This document shows positions 13,701 to 27,600 of a stretch of 64,000 bases of DNA, one piece after another. Each line of letters starts with the position of its first letter. Positions within the stretch are counted from its first letter, which is position 1. The position numbers and the translations under genes were made by a program. The notes below the pieces were generated by a model. That model was not told where the DNA came from, did no database searches, and saw nothing but the letters and a program-made list of their open reading frames with translations. Source of the DNA: Selaginella moellendorffii (Eukaryota > Plantae > Lycopodiophyta); contig NW_003314336.1 of NCBI RefSeq assembly GCF_000143415.4, positions 720,853-784,852 of the forward strand, read 5' to 3'.

Positions 13701-15620
13701 ATTAGTTCTGATAAAAATAGTGTTGATGATTTCGCTTTAGCTTTGTGTTGTTGGCATTCGTGCATTTGCTAGTTAGCAACTGTGTTGACGTTCAAATGAA
13801 CTGAGTGGCAAGTTGAGTTAGTTGTGTTCTCGACGAGTTTGGTAGTAAGGGTTGAGCTCTAGCTTTTCCTTGAAAATTGATTCAGTCGTGGACTATGCTA
13901 ACTCTACGAGATAAAGAGTTTGTGATTGATATTGAAGTGATTGAATCCTTGTTGGATTTCAGTTGGGATATATCAATCATTGTTGATTCTTCTTGTGCTT
14001 GTTACGAAGTGAATTACGTCTTGTTCTAGATGGATTCATGGAGGATCGTTTAGTGATCACTTGTTGAGCATCGCTTCGTTTTGCTTAGCTTTTGGATTGA
14101 TGCAAATATGCTCTTCATTAACTTTAGCATTATGAAGTTTAGCTTATGGATATATTGAGCAAGACATTATGGGTTGCACCATGATTTCTTCTTTAGCATT
14201 GAAGTTAGTTTTTATGAGACTTGTGATCATTATTAGGTAAGACTTGGCTATAGGCTTCTTCAAGCTTTTGGTTCTTTGAGTTTTATGCTCATTGTTCCAT
14301 TTGTTAGAAGTTGTTGGGGAAGGCATTTTAACTCCTAGCTTCGATGTTGAAGTTAGTATTTGCATCTAGCAATCATTGGTGATGATTGACTATCATCTGG
14401 GATAATTGATTATCCTTGTCAAGATTTTGCTTGATTATTGTTGTTGATATAAATTGAGTTGCTGTCCTTCGGGATGGTAGATTCTTTCTTCAACAATGAT
14501 TTTGCATCTCTTTATTGATGGGCTAATTGACGATCTTTCATGATAGTTGGTTGTTCTCTTTGATGGCTTTTGGCTTTTCGCAATACCACATGTTCTTTGT
14601 GGTTTGCTCTGGATTGGTCTCTTGGGTTTGAGACGTCAGTAGGATGTTGCTGACACTTGCTTAAGCAACTTGAGTTCCTTGGTATTGTTGGCTGGGATCT
14701 ATTCAGATTGGCTTTTGTGATTGTTGGCAGGCATGAGTTAGTTTTGATAGATTTGAATGTTATTTCCTTTGGGTGATACATTCACGAGCATTGTGCTTGT
14801 TAGTCAATAATACTTTGTGTTCCTTGAGTTCTCTCTAGTAAGTTGTTGGCTTACTGTCTACTATCTTCGGTAGTTAAGTTTCATCATTGAGTTTCCTTGA
14901 TGATATACTAGCTATTGAATGTTGTTGGATGGTGATTCCTATGTTTACCAATTATAGTGATCTTGGTGGTTCCTCTCTACTATAATACTAGTTTATCAGA
15001 TGATAACTTCCTTGGAATACTTCACTGATAATTAAATCTCTAAGATATCATTGTTTATGACTTTGATATAGTCCCTATATATTAATCTTTGAGTTTGGGC
15101 CAGTATAGGCAGACTGGCTTCGGCACTTCGTGTGCATGGTGAAATCTCTAGTCATGGGGTAGCTACTGTCGACTGGTCACATAACCCGCCTCTTTGTCGA
15201 TGTTCCTTATTTCGTTGAAAGGGCGTGACCGTGTAAACAACTCTAACTGCCTGTTTACAGTAGTCTATCTAAACCTTACCGACGGGTTTGGTTTCTTTGC
15301 TTAGGAGGGTTGGGGCCTCTGGCTTCTCTCTCTATGTTCCTGCGGGCAGGGGCATATCACACTTTTGTAAGCTGGGTGACTCCCAGAGCAGCAAGGGTGG
15401 CTGACTCCGTTGGTCATTTCCTTGTCGGCAACGGCCGGAAGGTGTCTGAGCTGGTAGCGCATCTGCGTTAGACAAAGAGGTTCCCCCTAACTCATTTAAG
15501 TTGGTGCATTTCTCACATAGTGTGAGTACTGTGAACTTTTTCTGGAGTTGTTTCCTTGACGGTATTCTAGACTCGAGTGTGCATCGACGAGGACGTCGAT
15601 CTTCCCCAAAGGGGGGAGAG

Positions 15621-16251
15621 TGTCGCGAATGTGACTTCAGGTATCGAAAGTTACCTGTCGGCTAGTCCTTTCGGATATTCTTACCTTACTACCACGACGG
15701 CAGGAGGTCGGTATTGCTGGACCCTTTATCAGTCCCTCTTGTGCTAGTGGAGTTAACTGGGCATTTCGAGTGTACTTAGACCGGACGAGCATAAGGACGG
15801 AATTCCTACGTGTTATTAGCTAAGCATACTTAGCCCGGTAAGGAGTTTCTGTCTCGTTTTGTCTTGCACTGGCTAGTGACAAGAACCCTCGCGTATTGAG
15901 ATTGGTCCCTCAATATCGCTACATGATAGCTTACCGTGTCTGCCAAACACCCTCGCTATCATGCCCTTTGTGTTAGTCTCATTTCGGTCCCAAATGCTAA
16001 TTATGGAAAGTGTCCAGATTTGCTCATTTGGCATATCTACAGAATGTAGAGATCAGCCTGAACACAATGGTGTTCATCCCATGTCCAAATTCACAATCTA
16101 GGGACATTCCATATTTAGTAAGTTTCGAGCTTGTCCCAGAGACTAACTCCTGATACTAAGGGAGGCTTGGGGTGAAAGCCCAAAACGTGTGTTCCTCAAG
16201 GGGGGGGGGGGCTATGGGGGGTTCCAAATGTATAGTAGGGATAGTGGGTAG
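15621..16251 (+). repeat. 3' LTR (partial, runs into the gap) of family-A element
   Basis: Follows the PPT; only a handful of differences from 9562-10192. Confidence 0.95.
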
Positions 16252-16351
16252 NNNNNNNNNNNNNNNNNNNNNNNNNNNNNNNNNNNNNNNNNNNNNNNNN
16301 NNNNNNNNNNNNNNNNNNNNNNNNNNNNNNNNNNNNNNNNNNNNNNNNNNN

Positions 16352-19225
16352 TCCATAGATGCCGAAACAACAGGCTCATAGGAATATGAAAAGAGAGTGA
16401 GAAGGAAGAGGAGCTCGAGAAAGGGCATTAGCATCAACTATAAAACTCCTTGGGCGATAAACAACATCAAAATCATATATTTGAAGCTTCAAAGCCGGTA
16501 GTATGACCAACTAGGTTCTTTCACTTCAATAATGAAGGAACTGCAGCATGATCACCTTTAAGTAACATCTGAGAACCATGTAAATATGCATGAAGTTTCT
16601 CGAAATCCCAGACTGCTGCTAAACACTCCTTCTCTGTGTGGAGTAGTTCACCTCTGCTGGTTGTAATGTATGGCTTATATATGCAATGGGATGGTGCTGA
16701 CCAGACACATTTGGGCTCTCTTGCATCAACACACCTCCAATACCAATATACACCTCCATCCATGTGCAAAATAAAAGGTTGAGTGTAGTCAGGATATGCC
16801 AAAACTGGAGGAGTTGTCAAGAGCTCTTTGAGATCCACAAATGCCCACTCACAATCTAGAGACTAGATGAAAAATGACATTGATGACTTCAACAATGCTC
16901 ACAACAGTGTAGTGCGATCAGAAAAATGATCCACAAAACAACTGAGATACTGCACCTTGCCTAGGAAGTATTGCACATCATTCACACACTTTGGAGCAGA
17001 GAACTTTAGAACAGCCACAAGTTTGTCAAGATCAACTTGCAAACCCTCACGAGACATAGGTACCCAAGATAAGTTGTGTCCTTGGACCCAAACACGCACT
17101 TTGACAGCTTCAACTTTAAACCAACGTCCTGTAGCTGATCCAACACTTTACAAACATCACGAACATACTCCTCCCATGTCCCCTTTGAGTGGATCAAGAC
17201 ATCATCAATAAGTCAGCAGTCACCTCTGGTATATCATAAAGAACCTCGTCCATCATCCATTGAAAAATTGCTGGAGTATTGTTCAAACCAAACGGCATTA
17301 CCAAGAATTTGTATAAACCAAATGATGTATGAAAAGTAGTCTTAGGAATATCTTCTTCAGCCATTGGTACTTGCTAGTACCTAGAAGCAAGATTTAGCTT
17401 GGTGAACCAACAACTTCTCCCTAGACGATCCAAGAGATCAGCAGTGTGAGGAAGAGGGTACACATCCAGGATCGTCACTTTGTTTAACGGACGATAGTCA
17501 ATGCAAAAACAAATACTCCCATCAGGTTACGTCACAAGATGAGGTTCACATGCCCAATGATTCTGCAACTTCCGAATAGCACCCTTCTCCTGACATTTGC
17601 ATATAGAATCTTGATCTCTTTGGGTGACCGACGACGAATAGGACCCTTGATTGGACGAGCATCCCCAATTGGAATCAGATGATGTGTGGCAATCTTGGCC
17701 ATAGATGATAAGTTAAATTCAAAAAGATCAGAATACTCTTTCATGAGCCGGTCAACTGCTACAACACAAAGATTGTCAGAGGGATCGAAAAAGGGAAGAG
17801 CAGAATAAGATGGAAACATAGCAGGAAATAGTGGGGGGGATAAAAGTAATGGAAGCAGAGGTAGAAGTAGAGGGACGAAGAGGTACAGAAGTGAGAGGAA
17901 TGGATGAAATATAAAGAAGTATAAAACAAGGGGGAGAAGCCTGAAAGTCACACTTGGCATAATTGTGCTGCAATTAATCTATACTAAGGATAAGGTCAAA
18001 AGTTTGACTTGGCACCACCCACAATGACTGTAACCTAAGCTCGAGATTACCCACATGCACAAATAGGTCTGCCTCATCCCATGCACATGCATGTGTACAG
18101 TTGTTGCCATAAAGAATGAAAATTGGCTCTGTTGCACAACGCAAGTGTAGATAGCAACATGTGGCAACAGGTCGAGTAATAGAAGATAAACTCAAACCTG
18201 TATCAACCAACACAGAGAGAACAATGGGAGACCTCTTGTTATAAAAATGAGCTTGGAAAGTAAACACTGGATGAACTAGTGCCGAGTGAACCCTTTAATG
18301 ATACTCTTGAAAGAAAAATAGAGGAGTCACTAACTTATTTACGCAAGGTCCCTTCGTTATTCATGCAACTCCTCATTTCCCAGATACATCTCAGTGTCCA
18401 GACCTTCCACTGCAACAACACCAACAAGACGTTGTTGATGTCAAGGTCTCCACTCAGGAAATGGAGGTCGCCAATCTGGAAAGCACCGACAATGCAGATA
18501 AGTATAACCAACTTCATCACATGCCCAGTAGCAAACATCATAGCCATGACCATGTCCTCGCCCTTGTCCTTGGACTCAAGCAATAGTAGCATCAACCTCC
18601 ATTGGAACAGGACTAACGCCCACAAGAAGTGGAGTGGAAGGATGTGCAACGAGAAGTGGAAGAGGCGACATTTTATAATGTTGTGCCAAGCAAAGAGAAT
18701 TGTCAAGGGTGGCTAAAGCAAGTGCATGCATAAGTCTGACAAGATCTTGATGAAGTGCTGACCACAACATTCCTAGCTTGATCCGCTCTGACATATTTGG
18801 CTCTGCTCGAAGCAAGAAGTTTCGGAAACAAATGCCAAATTGCATCACTGACTCTAATGGCCCTTGATGAGACGATGCATTTGCTGGAAGGCATCATCAC
18901 AATCGTCAGCATGTCTGAATGCACATTTGAAGACGTCCGGGAGAACACTCTAATCCCCACATGTGGCTACACTCAAACCATTGTACCACTTCAACGCCGT
19001 CCCTTAGAGACACATGGGAAACTCACACAAACATTAAGCATCATCCCAAAAATGATAGATGGCAATCATTGTAGGTGATCGAATAAATGGTACACATCAT
19101 CCCCAAGATTCCCATGAAAGGACTCTGACCGAACTCAAGGATTGGCACCAAGAGTAGGAGGAGTTGTACCACATGTCGTGAATGCTGCCATCAACTGAGT
19201 TTGGTTGTTCAATTGCAATCACATG
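16352..19225 (-). pseudogene. gag-pol: Fragmented gag / protease / RT / RNase H of element C
   Basis: VLVDTG protease motif (17974-18267); RT fragments (PIRRRSPKE, LIDDVLIHS, LKLSKCVFG); RNase H LTTPPVLAYPDYTQPFILH...EKECLA; many stops and frameshifts. Confidence 0.88.
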
Positions 19226-20199
19226 GCATCAAACAATTGCACCAACTGCTGCTTCAGAGTTAGAAGAGACTGCTACTCTGCCATGAAAATGAATGAAAAG
19301 AAAAAAGCAAAAGAAGAGAAATGAGAAAAAAACTAGAAGGAAAGGAAGATCTAGACAATGGAAAAGCTAAATCTAAACAAAAATTTTAAAAGGAAAGAAC
19401 AAAAGAAAGGAAATGGAAAAAGCTAAATCTAGATGATTCAAAAGTTAGATTTAAACCAAAATCCCAAATCCAAGCACTCCTCATGGACAATAAAAGGTGC
19501 CCCTCATCTTCACCAATGTGAGTGCTTGGAATATGAAAAAGGAATATAGAAAATGTGCATATTAATTAGCCCAAAAACCCTAGCTTATATACAAGAGCAA
19601 GTGGTCCGGATTAAAACCAATCTGACAGCTACCAAAATCCCACTATACTAATATTAGTATATGGCATTGTAGCCATACACTTGGACCTCACACTACTATA
19701 TTATCACATTATAAATAATTTTAATTTTATATAGAATGTCAGCAAGAGTAATTTCAAATAATAAATTTTGAATTGGTAATTTTTAGGGCTGGTGTAATAG
19801 GGAGGGAAAGCGACTAAGATGCCAAAGGAAACCCTACTCTCAGTTGTTTTCCCTATTACTCTTTTATGTCTTATTCTTGAAGTGTATTCCTTATTTACCT
19901 ACTATTTGACCTGGAGAAATTGATAAGAAAATCCTACAGGTGGGAAGAATGAAGATTTAAAAGTAAGTTTATTTGAGGAACCATCAAGTTTTTATTTTGT
20001 TTCTTTTTACTAGGCTAATGTATTTGTATGACACCTTGAAACTTAAGATGGTTCAAAAAGATATTTGACTTTAGCCATCTAGGAAGTCCTGTCACTAACA
20101 TGAGTGATTGGTAAACAAGAAATCAAAACTCAAATTCTTACAATCTCTATTTTTTCTCAGAGATTCTATGGATTATAGCAAGACACCTTGAGAGGTATG

Positions 20200-21560
20200 T
20201 GTCATATGGCTTGGCATTTCTATTTATTTTGCAATCTTTAATTCAAACTTCTATGTGAATTTGGTGGATTTACTGAACGTTATAAGCACTTAGAAGACAT
20301 TGACTAAGATTTTGTGCTATTCTTCTTAAATGAGGTTCCTTCACTTTACTTTCTGCCAGCTCTATTTCAGATTAGATGTTCTTGGTGACAATTTTCCAGC
20401 TCAGCTTTGTGTGCTAGAATTGAACTTGATAGTTAATAAGCTACCTTGGAAACATATTCTTTTTTACGAATATGAAACTACGATATGGGGCAAATATATC
20501 TCACTAGTGCACTGCTATAAGGATGCTATTTTATTACTTTAGAAAAAGGAATCACTACTGCAAGAGGGTTTTAACTATGAAGAGCAAGAGGGTGTAGTTG
20601 ACAGGTTAAATGTTACTTCTTGAAAATGACTAAAACAAGCCTTTTTTTAGTAAATGATGACTTCCTAACACACTTTCTGCCCATCACATTCTATCTTGTA
20701 ACACCATGTGTTTTGTATAAGCTAAAGTTGTCAACTTTGCATAGTTGCTGCACTCTTTGAAGTCAAAAGAATCTCTCCCTTTTGGAATAGCATCTTGAAA
20801 AAAAGAGTGCCACATGAATTCATGGATAATTCATGAGCATGGTATAGGAGATCATCTTGTTATACAAAACTTAGTTAAGACAGTTTCATGTGACAAATTA
20901 TTTCAACTACAAGAAATTAACATACCACAAGCTGCCATTGAACAAATGTTTGTCATTGGACTACCAAGAACTTAAACAAATTAAATGTACTATTAGCATT
21001 AAACAAGGATGTCCACTATATTTGGTTTATACATCAATGTCCTTATATATCAAGATTCATATGGTCCTCCCTTTTTTTGCCACTACTACTTTTTTGCCAC
21101 CACACCAATTCTTGAATGTGGAATTTGGCTATTGGAATGTAAAACTTGGTATCATGGTTGTAGAGATATAAGTTTTCTCAGTCTGCTCTACAAACATCAC
21201 AGGATGGTGGCACCAACTTAGATGTTAGACATACCAAGCTAGACATGGATTTAGACTCCTTGCTTCACAGGAGCATGTGATTTATATTGCATATTGCTTT
21301 TCAATAATAGCTCAATTAAGCTCAACACAATTCAAGTTCATAGAGTACCTTGATATTGTCAACATACAATACCTTATTGGAATAATATCTTATTGAAGTG
21401 CTAATAAACCATGCCATGGGTAGATAACATCGATATATTATGGCAAGTTATCAAGTAGGCTAACATCACCTCCACATAGACATATTCTTGTAGACTCTAC
21501 TTGACAACTTTTAGATGGTACACCACTTCAATCTCACATATAAAACATTTGACCACCTAC
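20200..21560 (+). pseudogene. Highly degenerate non-LTR (LINE) reverse transcriptase remnant; boundaries approximate
   Basis: CTISIKQGCPL / IFGLYIN at ~20986-21040 matches the LINE RT motif GVKQGCPLSPTLFGLYID. Confidence 0.55.
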
Positions 21561-22851
21561 AAGCTAGCAAGAATTCCTTGGATTTGACCTTACCTCTTCA
21601 CAAGTTTCTCATGCAATTACATCATATTTGTCTGGTTGAATTCTTCTTGGCTGCCACAGTTTTAGGAGATAGGGTGCTTCATATTTTTATGAATAATATT
21701 TTTTAATAATTTTGTATTTTTCAGTTTAAAATTTTCTTTAAAATATAAAGATATAATTTATAATGATATGTAATAAGAAAAAAATTTTCTTTATATGATG
21801 ATTTCCTAAAACCTAATAGTATTCCACACTAACTGGTGATGAATCAAATTTTTTATATGGTAGCTTATGTCTTGTGTAGCCCTTACATTAACAATGTCTC
21901 AATCATAATTATAACTTTATTTTATGTATCAAAATTATAATTAATAGAAAATATTAATGCAAAATAAAAAAAAGTGTTATAAATTTGAGATATTTTAAAA
22001 ATCTTAAAATATATTAAATATCTAATCTAACTAAAAAATCAATATGATTAATTTCTCTAGTGACTGTATTAAAAGATAGAATAGCTAGAGCCATTGAACT
22101 CCTCTATATCAATTTATGAAGGTTCCTCCATATATTATATCATTACTTCACCTTTTTTCTTACTTGAAAGTATTTTTATATCTGTACTTGTATAAATATG
22201 TGTAATTTTAATAAAATTCTATCAAATAAATAAAGTATTATTTTTCTATACATAAATTAAAATATCAAATTAACTTTATTTCAATAATTTTAACTACAAC
22301 TTAATCTAATATAAAATTAGTCATTTTAGTAACAGTAACTAATGTAATTTTTTAGATCCAAGTTTTATTTATATACATATTTATCCACAACATTCTACTT
22401 TCCAAGTTTGCTATAATTAATTATCTACAGTATGCTTTTATTCAATAGCATGTATCTAAAAGTTAAATGCACAACTATACACTATTTAATATTTTCATAA
22501 ATTCTTCACTTTGATGAGTATTGAATATAAGTAATATTAGAGTATAACATTTATTAGTCCAAATGACAATATTTGCAATCCTTAATTTATAAAATTAGTA
22601 TGATATGTTGAGTATAGCTAGAATGAAGAGATGCTATTTTATGCAGTCTAACCAGATCTACCACCCTAATTGAACATATTTATATTGCAAAGGCACAATC
22701 ATGGCAATAACTTCTACATGATGCATAAACACTAATGGCAAAGAGCTTTTGTTCCATGCCATGAGCTGCTAGAAGAACATTTAGACAGTCTTGAAAAATT
22801 GCAAAGTTATAATAATGATCTAAGTTGACAATTTAGAAGCCATAATTATAG

Positions 22852-23036
22852 TGTAAACTCCTAAATTTGGACTTTATGGGAGGCATACTACTCAAACCCA
22901 AAAACACTTTAAGCCCAAGTATCCCAAAATCCTTAATTAATTAAAAAAGCAGATGTATTTTTATCCTTAGACTCTTTCTCTCTATATTTGAATCCATAAA
23001 AATCACCTCTCAAATCATTCTCTTTTGTTAATTATA
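22852..23036 (-). mobile_element. Degenerate solo LTR of the Cassandra TRIM
   Basis: End-to-end similarity to the reverse complement of 39521-39714; flanks TATAG / TATGG (TSD with one mismatch); 5S C-box region partly deleted. Confidence 0.85.
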
Positions 23037-23764
23037 TATGGTAGTTTACAAGCTTGGTATGCCTTTCAACAAAGATACAAAAACCATCAATGAGCTTAAT
23101 TTATATGAACTTTGATTCTTTGGATTCAGTAGATTACTTGCTACAGTTGAGTTCTTTTCACTATAGGTGAAGGCTTCAAAAACTCATATCAAAATTTCAT
23201 AGGGTACCCAAAGTGTTTCCATCACAATTAGACCCATGCCTTTAGTGGTTGCCAAGCCTCAATCTCCAAACAATTCATCTATCCATAGGATCTTATAATA
23301 AGCATTTTTATCTTGGTAGAAGATCTAAGACTTCACTTGGCACTCTAATTATATTTTTTATGTTATGAGGTGTGTTATAATTATTGTCAATTGCAAATAG
23401 GATTTTTTATATACAGATTAACTGTATAAATTATAATTATGATTATGTTAAAAATTAGGATTAAAATTACACTTTTTGAAATCCAAGAATAAACATAACA
23501 AAGTAATAGCTCAAATTGGCAAACACTTCTCATATGGATAACTCCTTATTTGAAAGTGCTATTAGCATATGGCATATGGCATCTTTTATTCCATAGTTAG
23601 AATATTATTTATGAATATACTTATAATCTAATGGTTGAAATTCAAAACCTTCAAATATATGGCATAGATCAAGTGCCAAAATGGTGGCAATGCTTGAATT
23701 TTGATTTTAATGACACTCCAAATCAAGTGAAATTTTTTTTGGCAATTGGGCAGATTGTAGGCTG

Positions 23765-23766
<2 letters not shown>

Positions 23767-23806
<40 letters not shown>
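23767..23806. repeat. (CT)20 microsatellite
   Basis: Direct reading. Confidence 0.98.
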
Positions 23807-23811
<5 letters not shown>

Positions 23812-24361
23812 AAAATTTCAAATGCATCAAATAAAGCCCACCATATTTATTGGAACAATGTCAAAGAAAGGCATGTTGAAAGAAATTCCTGAAGAGGCTG
23901 TGTCTTTCATGGAGGTTTGTGTTTCTTTCTCTTTTCCTATCTCTTCTTACTCTTATAAATGATCCATTAGAGACCAATCACTTTAGCTCTCTCAAATCTA
24001 ACATCCAGGACTGAATGCACAGCAGAAGAGGCACTAAAACACACAAGGATGTGCCCTTTTTGTGAGTAGGAGCCTGTTAAAATGAATGGGAAAACATTAA
24101 CTTCAGGCCAGGTATGCTCGAAGTTTTTCTATTGTTTCACACTTACTCTTCTATGTTCCCTTGCAAAATGAACCTATTTTAACCTCCAAAAAGGAGGAGT
24201 GTGAAAAGCTGTTCTACAAAACCATGCGAATTGGTGCCACCCGTGTGTGAGACACAAATCCCTAAGCCCCAAAGTGGAGCCGAAAGGGTGCCACGTGGTA
24301 GTGGCCAAAGTGAAAGCCAAACGAGCATAACACGTTTGGACTAAAAGCTCCGACTTGAGGA

Positions 24362-24686
24362 GTTCGAGATGGACCCGAGATGGAGTCTGAGATGGACCGA
24401 GATGAAATCTGAGATGGAGTCTGAGATGGAGTCCGAGATGGACCAAGACGGAGTCCGAGATGGAGTCTGAGATGGACCCGAGATGGAATCCGAGATGGAG
24501 TCTGAAGTCGAGACCGAGACTGAGACCAAGACCGGGACCGAGACTGGGACCGAGACCGAGACCGAGACCGGGACTGAGACCGAGACCGAGACGGAGACCG
24601 AGGCTGAGGCCGAGACCGAGCCCAAGCCCGAGTCCGAGTCTAAGTTTGAGTTTGAGTTCGAGTCCGAGTCCAAGTTCGAGTCTGAG
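24362..24686. repeat. Hexamer/12-mer minisatellite (GAGATG/GAGTCC/GAGACC variants) inside the family-B LTR
   Basis: Direct reading; shorter counterpart at ~45306-45441 in the 3' LTR. Confidence 0.92.
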
Positions 24687-27600
24687 AGGGTGAAAGACCA
24701 AAGCATTCGTCTCCCAGACCCTAGGGGGTTTGGTGAGCTCCAAAAGTATAGTAGGGGGAGGACTCCAGTAGAGCCAGTTTGGCCAGGAAAGGCTAGTTTG
24801 GCCCAAGAAGGCTATACCCAGGTGTTGGGTGATGGGATAACCACTGGGAGGTCCAAAGCTAGAGTGAATATGGACCATCAAGCAGGGTAGCTTGGTGAAG
24901 TGTTCAAGAGCCGGCTCTAGTTCCCCCGGGAGATTGAATGGTTGATGCTCCCAGTCCAAGTGTGGGTGGCACTACCTACTTGGATACTTGGTGTGGCTCA
25001 ATGGAACCTCGCTCTGAGCCCATGGCTAGAGCACCTAAAGGCAGAAGGTGAGGAGAGTACCCACAGGGTTTGCATAGGGCCACGGTGTTCCAGAATGTTG
25101 TCCCAGAGTCCCAAACTAGGGAAAGGAGGAGGACCAGTCCTCTAGTGTAGTGACTAAGGATATGGTCACATGGTGAGGAAGTCCCAAAGGACAATGGGAC
25201 TTAGTGGCCAGGCCTACAGGCCTTAATCTAGTGGCAATGTTGGCAAACATGGCCATGGACAGAAAAGGGACTTGGTAGGAACTGACAAAGGGATATTGGG
25301 GAAGGTTATTCGCCATGTCTATGGGCATCCTAAGGATGCTAAGGAGTGGATCTAGGATGACCACTTGTGGACAGATGGCCTAGTCTTGGAGAGGGTAAGG
25401 TAGCCAAATGATAGGGCGATGGACAACCCTAGCACAAGGTGTGGTTAAGTGACTAAAGTAGAATGGAAAAATTAGTCGCTTACAGAGAGCTGGGACTGTG
25501 ATGCAAGTGGTATTGGACCACCAGTGTGGCAAAGGTGAATGGGCATGGCCTTAGCGTAATGGGCTGATATGTCAGTGGCACCTTTGGGTGTTGGTTTTAG
25601 GACCTGACACATGGAGCACTTGGACCAAGTGCAACAGTTGAGTGGCGCGGATGCCATTTTTGGGGCTAGCAAGTCCCCAAGTCCGGAATAGAACTTATGG
25701 AAGTTGTGAGTTAGACTCCTCCAAATGGTCAGAGGTGTGGTTAAGTGACTAAAGTAGAATGGAAAATTTAATCACTTACAACTTGGTATTGGAGTTGTTC
25801 CTTTATCCGACTTTAATTGGTGCTCAAGTATATCACCACTAGTGTTGGCATCGGAAGGTCCTAGGAGTGGGCCTATCCTTGAGGAGTAGCAAGTCGGGAA
25901 GACATGGGTCTCCACTATAGTTCAGGTGTGAACTTGTAAGTGAGGTGGTGAATAGAAAAGGGCCAATAATAGAACGACTTTGGGATCTTAGGAACAGTGT
26001 AAGGTTTTTCTCATTGAGTTGAGGATGTGATCTAGATGAGTGTTTAACTCAGAAAATTGGCTAATATAGTTGTGGTAAACAACTATAGTTGGGATCACGG
26101 GGAAGATAGAAACTCCAAAATGATAAAGGAGTCACAAGATTACCCTCTTGAAGTTGAGGCTGGTGCTTATGAATTTGAGACTAAAATTAATGATCGTGAG
26201 AAGTTAAATACGGATGAGGACATAAGTCCTTGAAATGGTAGCCGGGGCTACCTTGAATAAATGTTGGAACAACCCCAAGAGTTTAGGGCATACTTAGAGG
26301 ATGAGTTAGTATTCTCATCACATGGACAAGTAGTCCTAAGGGGCAAAGGTTGCCCCCAAGGAACAATATCAAGTGTTGAAGTGATACTTGCAAAAATAGT
26401 CCTTGTGAGTAGGAGATGAATACAAGAAATTGTATTCCAGTGAGCTGGCACCTCAAATAAGAGCTTGTGGGCCATTGGATTTTAAAGCCCAAAAATGCTA
26501 GATGACTCAAGTAGAGTTAAGGAATGGTCCTAAGGGATTGCTAAAAGCATTTGGATTGAGGTGTGTTATGCCCCATAAAGGTTGGGGAGGATCATAGGAT
26601 CTAAGTATGAGATCAGTGAGTATCTCATTGATGGCGGAATGTGCCATACTAAAGTTGTGGGGAAGGTGTTCCCAGAAGAAAACAACTTTGACACAAAGTT
26701 GTGAGTAAACTTTATAGTGCAATTCTAATGGATAGTTGGCATGAGAAAGAACTATATTGGTCTTGGCAAGGACCTAAACACAAGTAAGAAGTGTCATAAA
26801 GGTAAGCTTGTGGAGCCAATGGTGTGGAGACACCGAATGTGCCAAGGTGTAATGCCTTAAGGTGAGTTGGCAAGTTCACGAGAACCCCTTCCCAAAGGAA
26901 TCCTAATGGAAATGAGAATGGCATAGCCTAAGTTGGAAGGCATGCAATTGGAGTATGGTGACCCAGATAATGATGGAGGTGTGGAAGCACTAGTAATGAG
27001 TTGTAGGACTTGACAATTATGAGGCAACTAAGCAAAAGGTGCAAAATAATCAGTTAAATTGGTAGTAGGTAGCTACCCAAGACTTTTTAATGGCATAAGT
27101 TAGATATACCCTTATAGGGGGATAAATTGCTTATGTTGCGATATAGTAAGTCAATGTCATAAAAAGGAATGCTCATTGTCAAAGAGGCCATCATTGGGAC
27201 ACCCAAACACTTTAGAACAACAAGAGGTGGTGTTTGATGTCGTGAAGGCAATAGATAAAGCATAAGAGACTAAATCCCTAGCGAATGATGGATAGAAAGT
27301 GCTATCCAAATGTCCAAGGTTGCAAAGATGGGAGAAGTCCGTCTATCTGAATTGGACAAAGCCAAAAAGGGATTTTGCCAAGGCTAGTGAGGGGCATATA
27401 AAGCCCGAAAGTAGCAACATTAATCCCAGTGTATGGGGTTACAAGGTGAGCATACCCGAATTGAGGAACCACTCCCTAAGCTGTCAGGTAGATTCATCCC
27501 TGAGAATACTTGCTAAGGCATGGTAGAAACTGCAAAGCTATCCTCCTAGTTTTGAGGAGAATAACCAAATAAAATGTGTGAGGGCAAAGGGCAAGTAGTA

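Larger units (their letters stand above)
9562..16251 (+). mobile_element. Young family-A non-autonomous (LARD-like) LTR retrotransposon; 3' end lost in the N gap
   Basis: 5' LTR TG...CA 9562-10710; PBS TGGTATCAGAG 10713-10723; PPT AAAGGGGGGAGAG 15608-15620; 3' LTR from 15621 nearly identical to the 5' LTR; ~4.9-kb internal region without a long ORF. Confidence 0.93.
8698..19692 (-). mobile_element. Degenerate Ty3/gypsy LTR retrotransposon (element C); 5' LTR 19517-19692, 3' LTR remnant 8698-8807; interrupted by the family-A element at 9562
   Basis: Both LTRs share ...ctaccaaaatcccactac/t...tacacttggacctcaca. PPT at 8808-8822. PBS-like TGGTGAAGATGAGGG at 19501-19515. Domain order gag-PR-RT-RH-INT on the minus strand. 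Confidence 0.9.

Noticed and set aside
21690-22620. Very AT-rich tract as a possible MITE or Helitron
   Set aside because: No TIR, TSD or terminal hairpin could be identified by eye.
24174-24959. 261-aa and overlapping ORFs with LGLG/ETET/SVSV runs
   Set aside because: By-products of a stop-free hexamer minisatellite inside an LTR.
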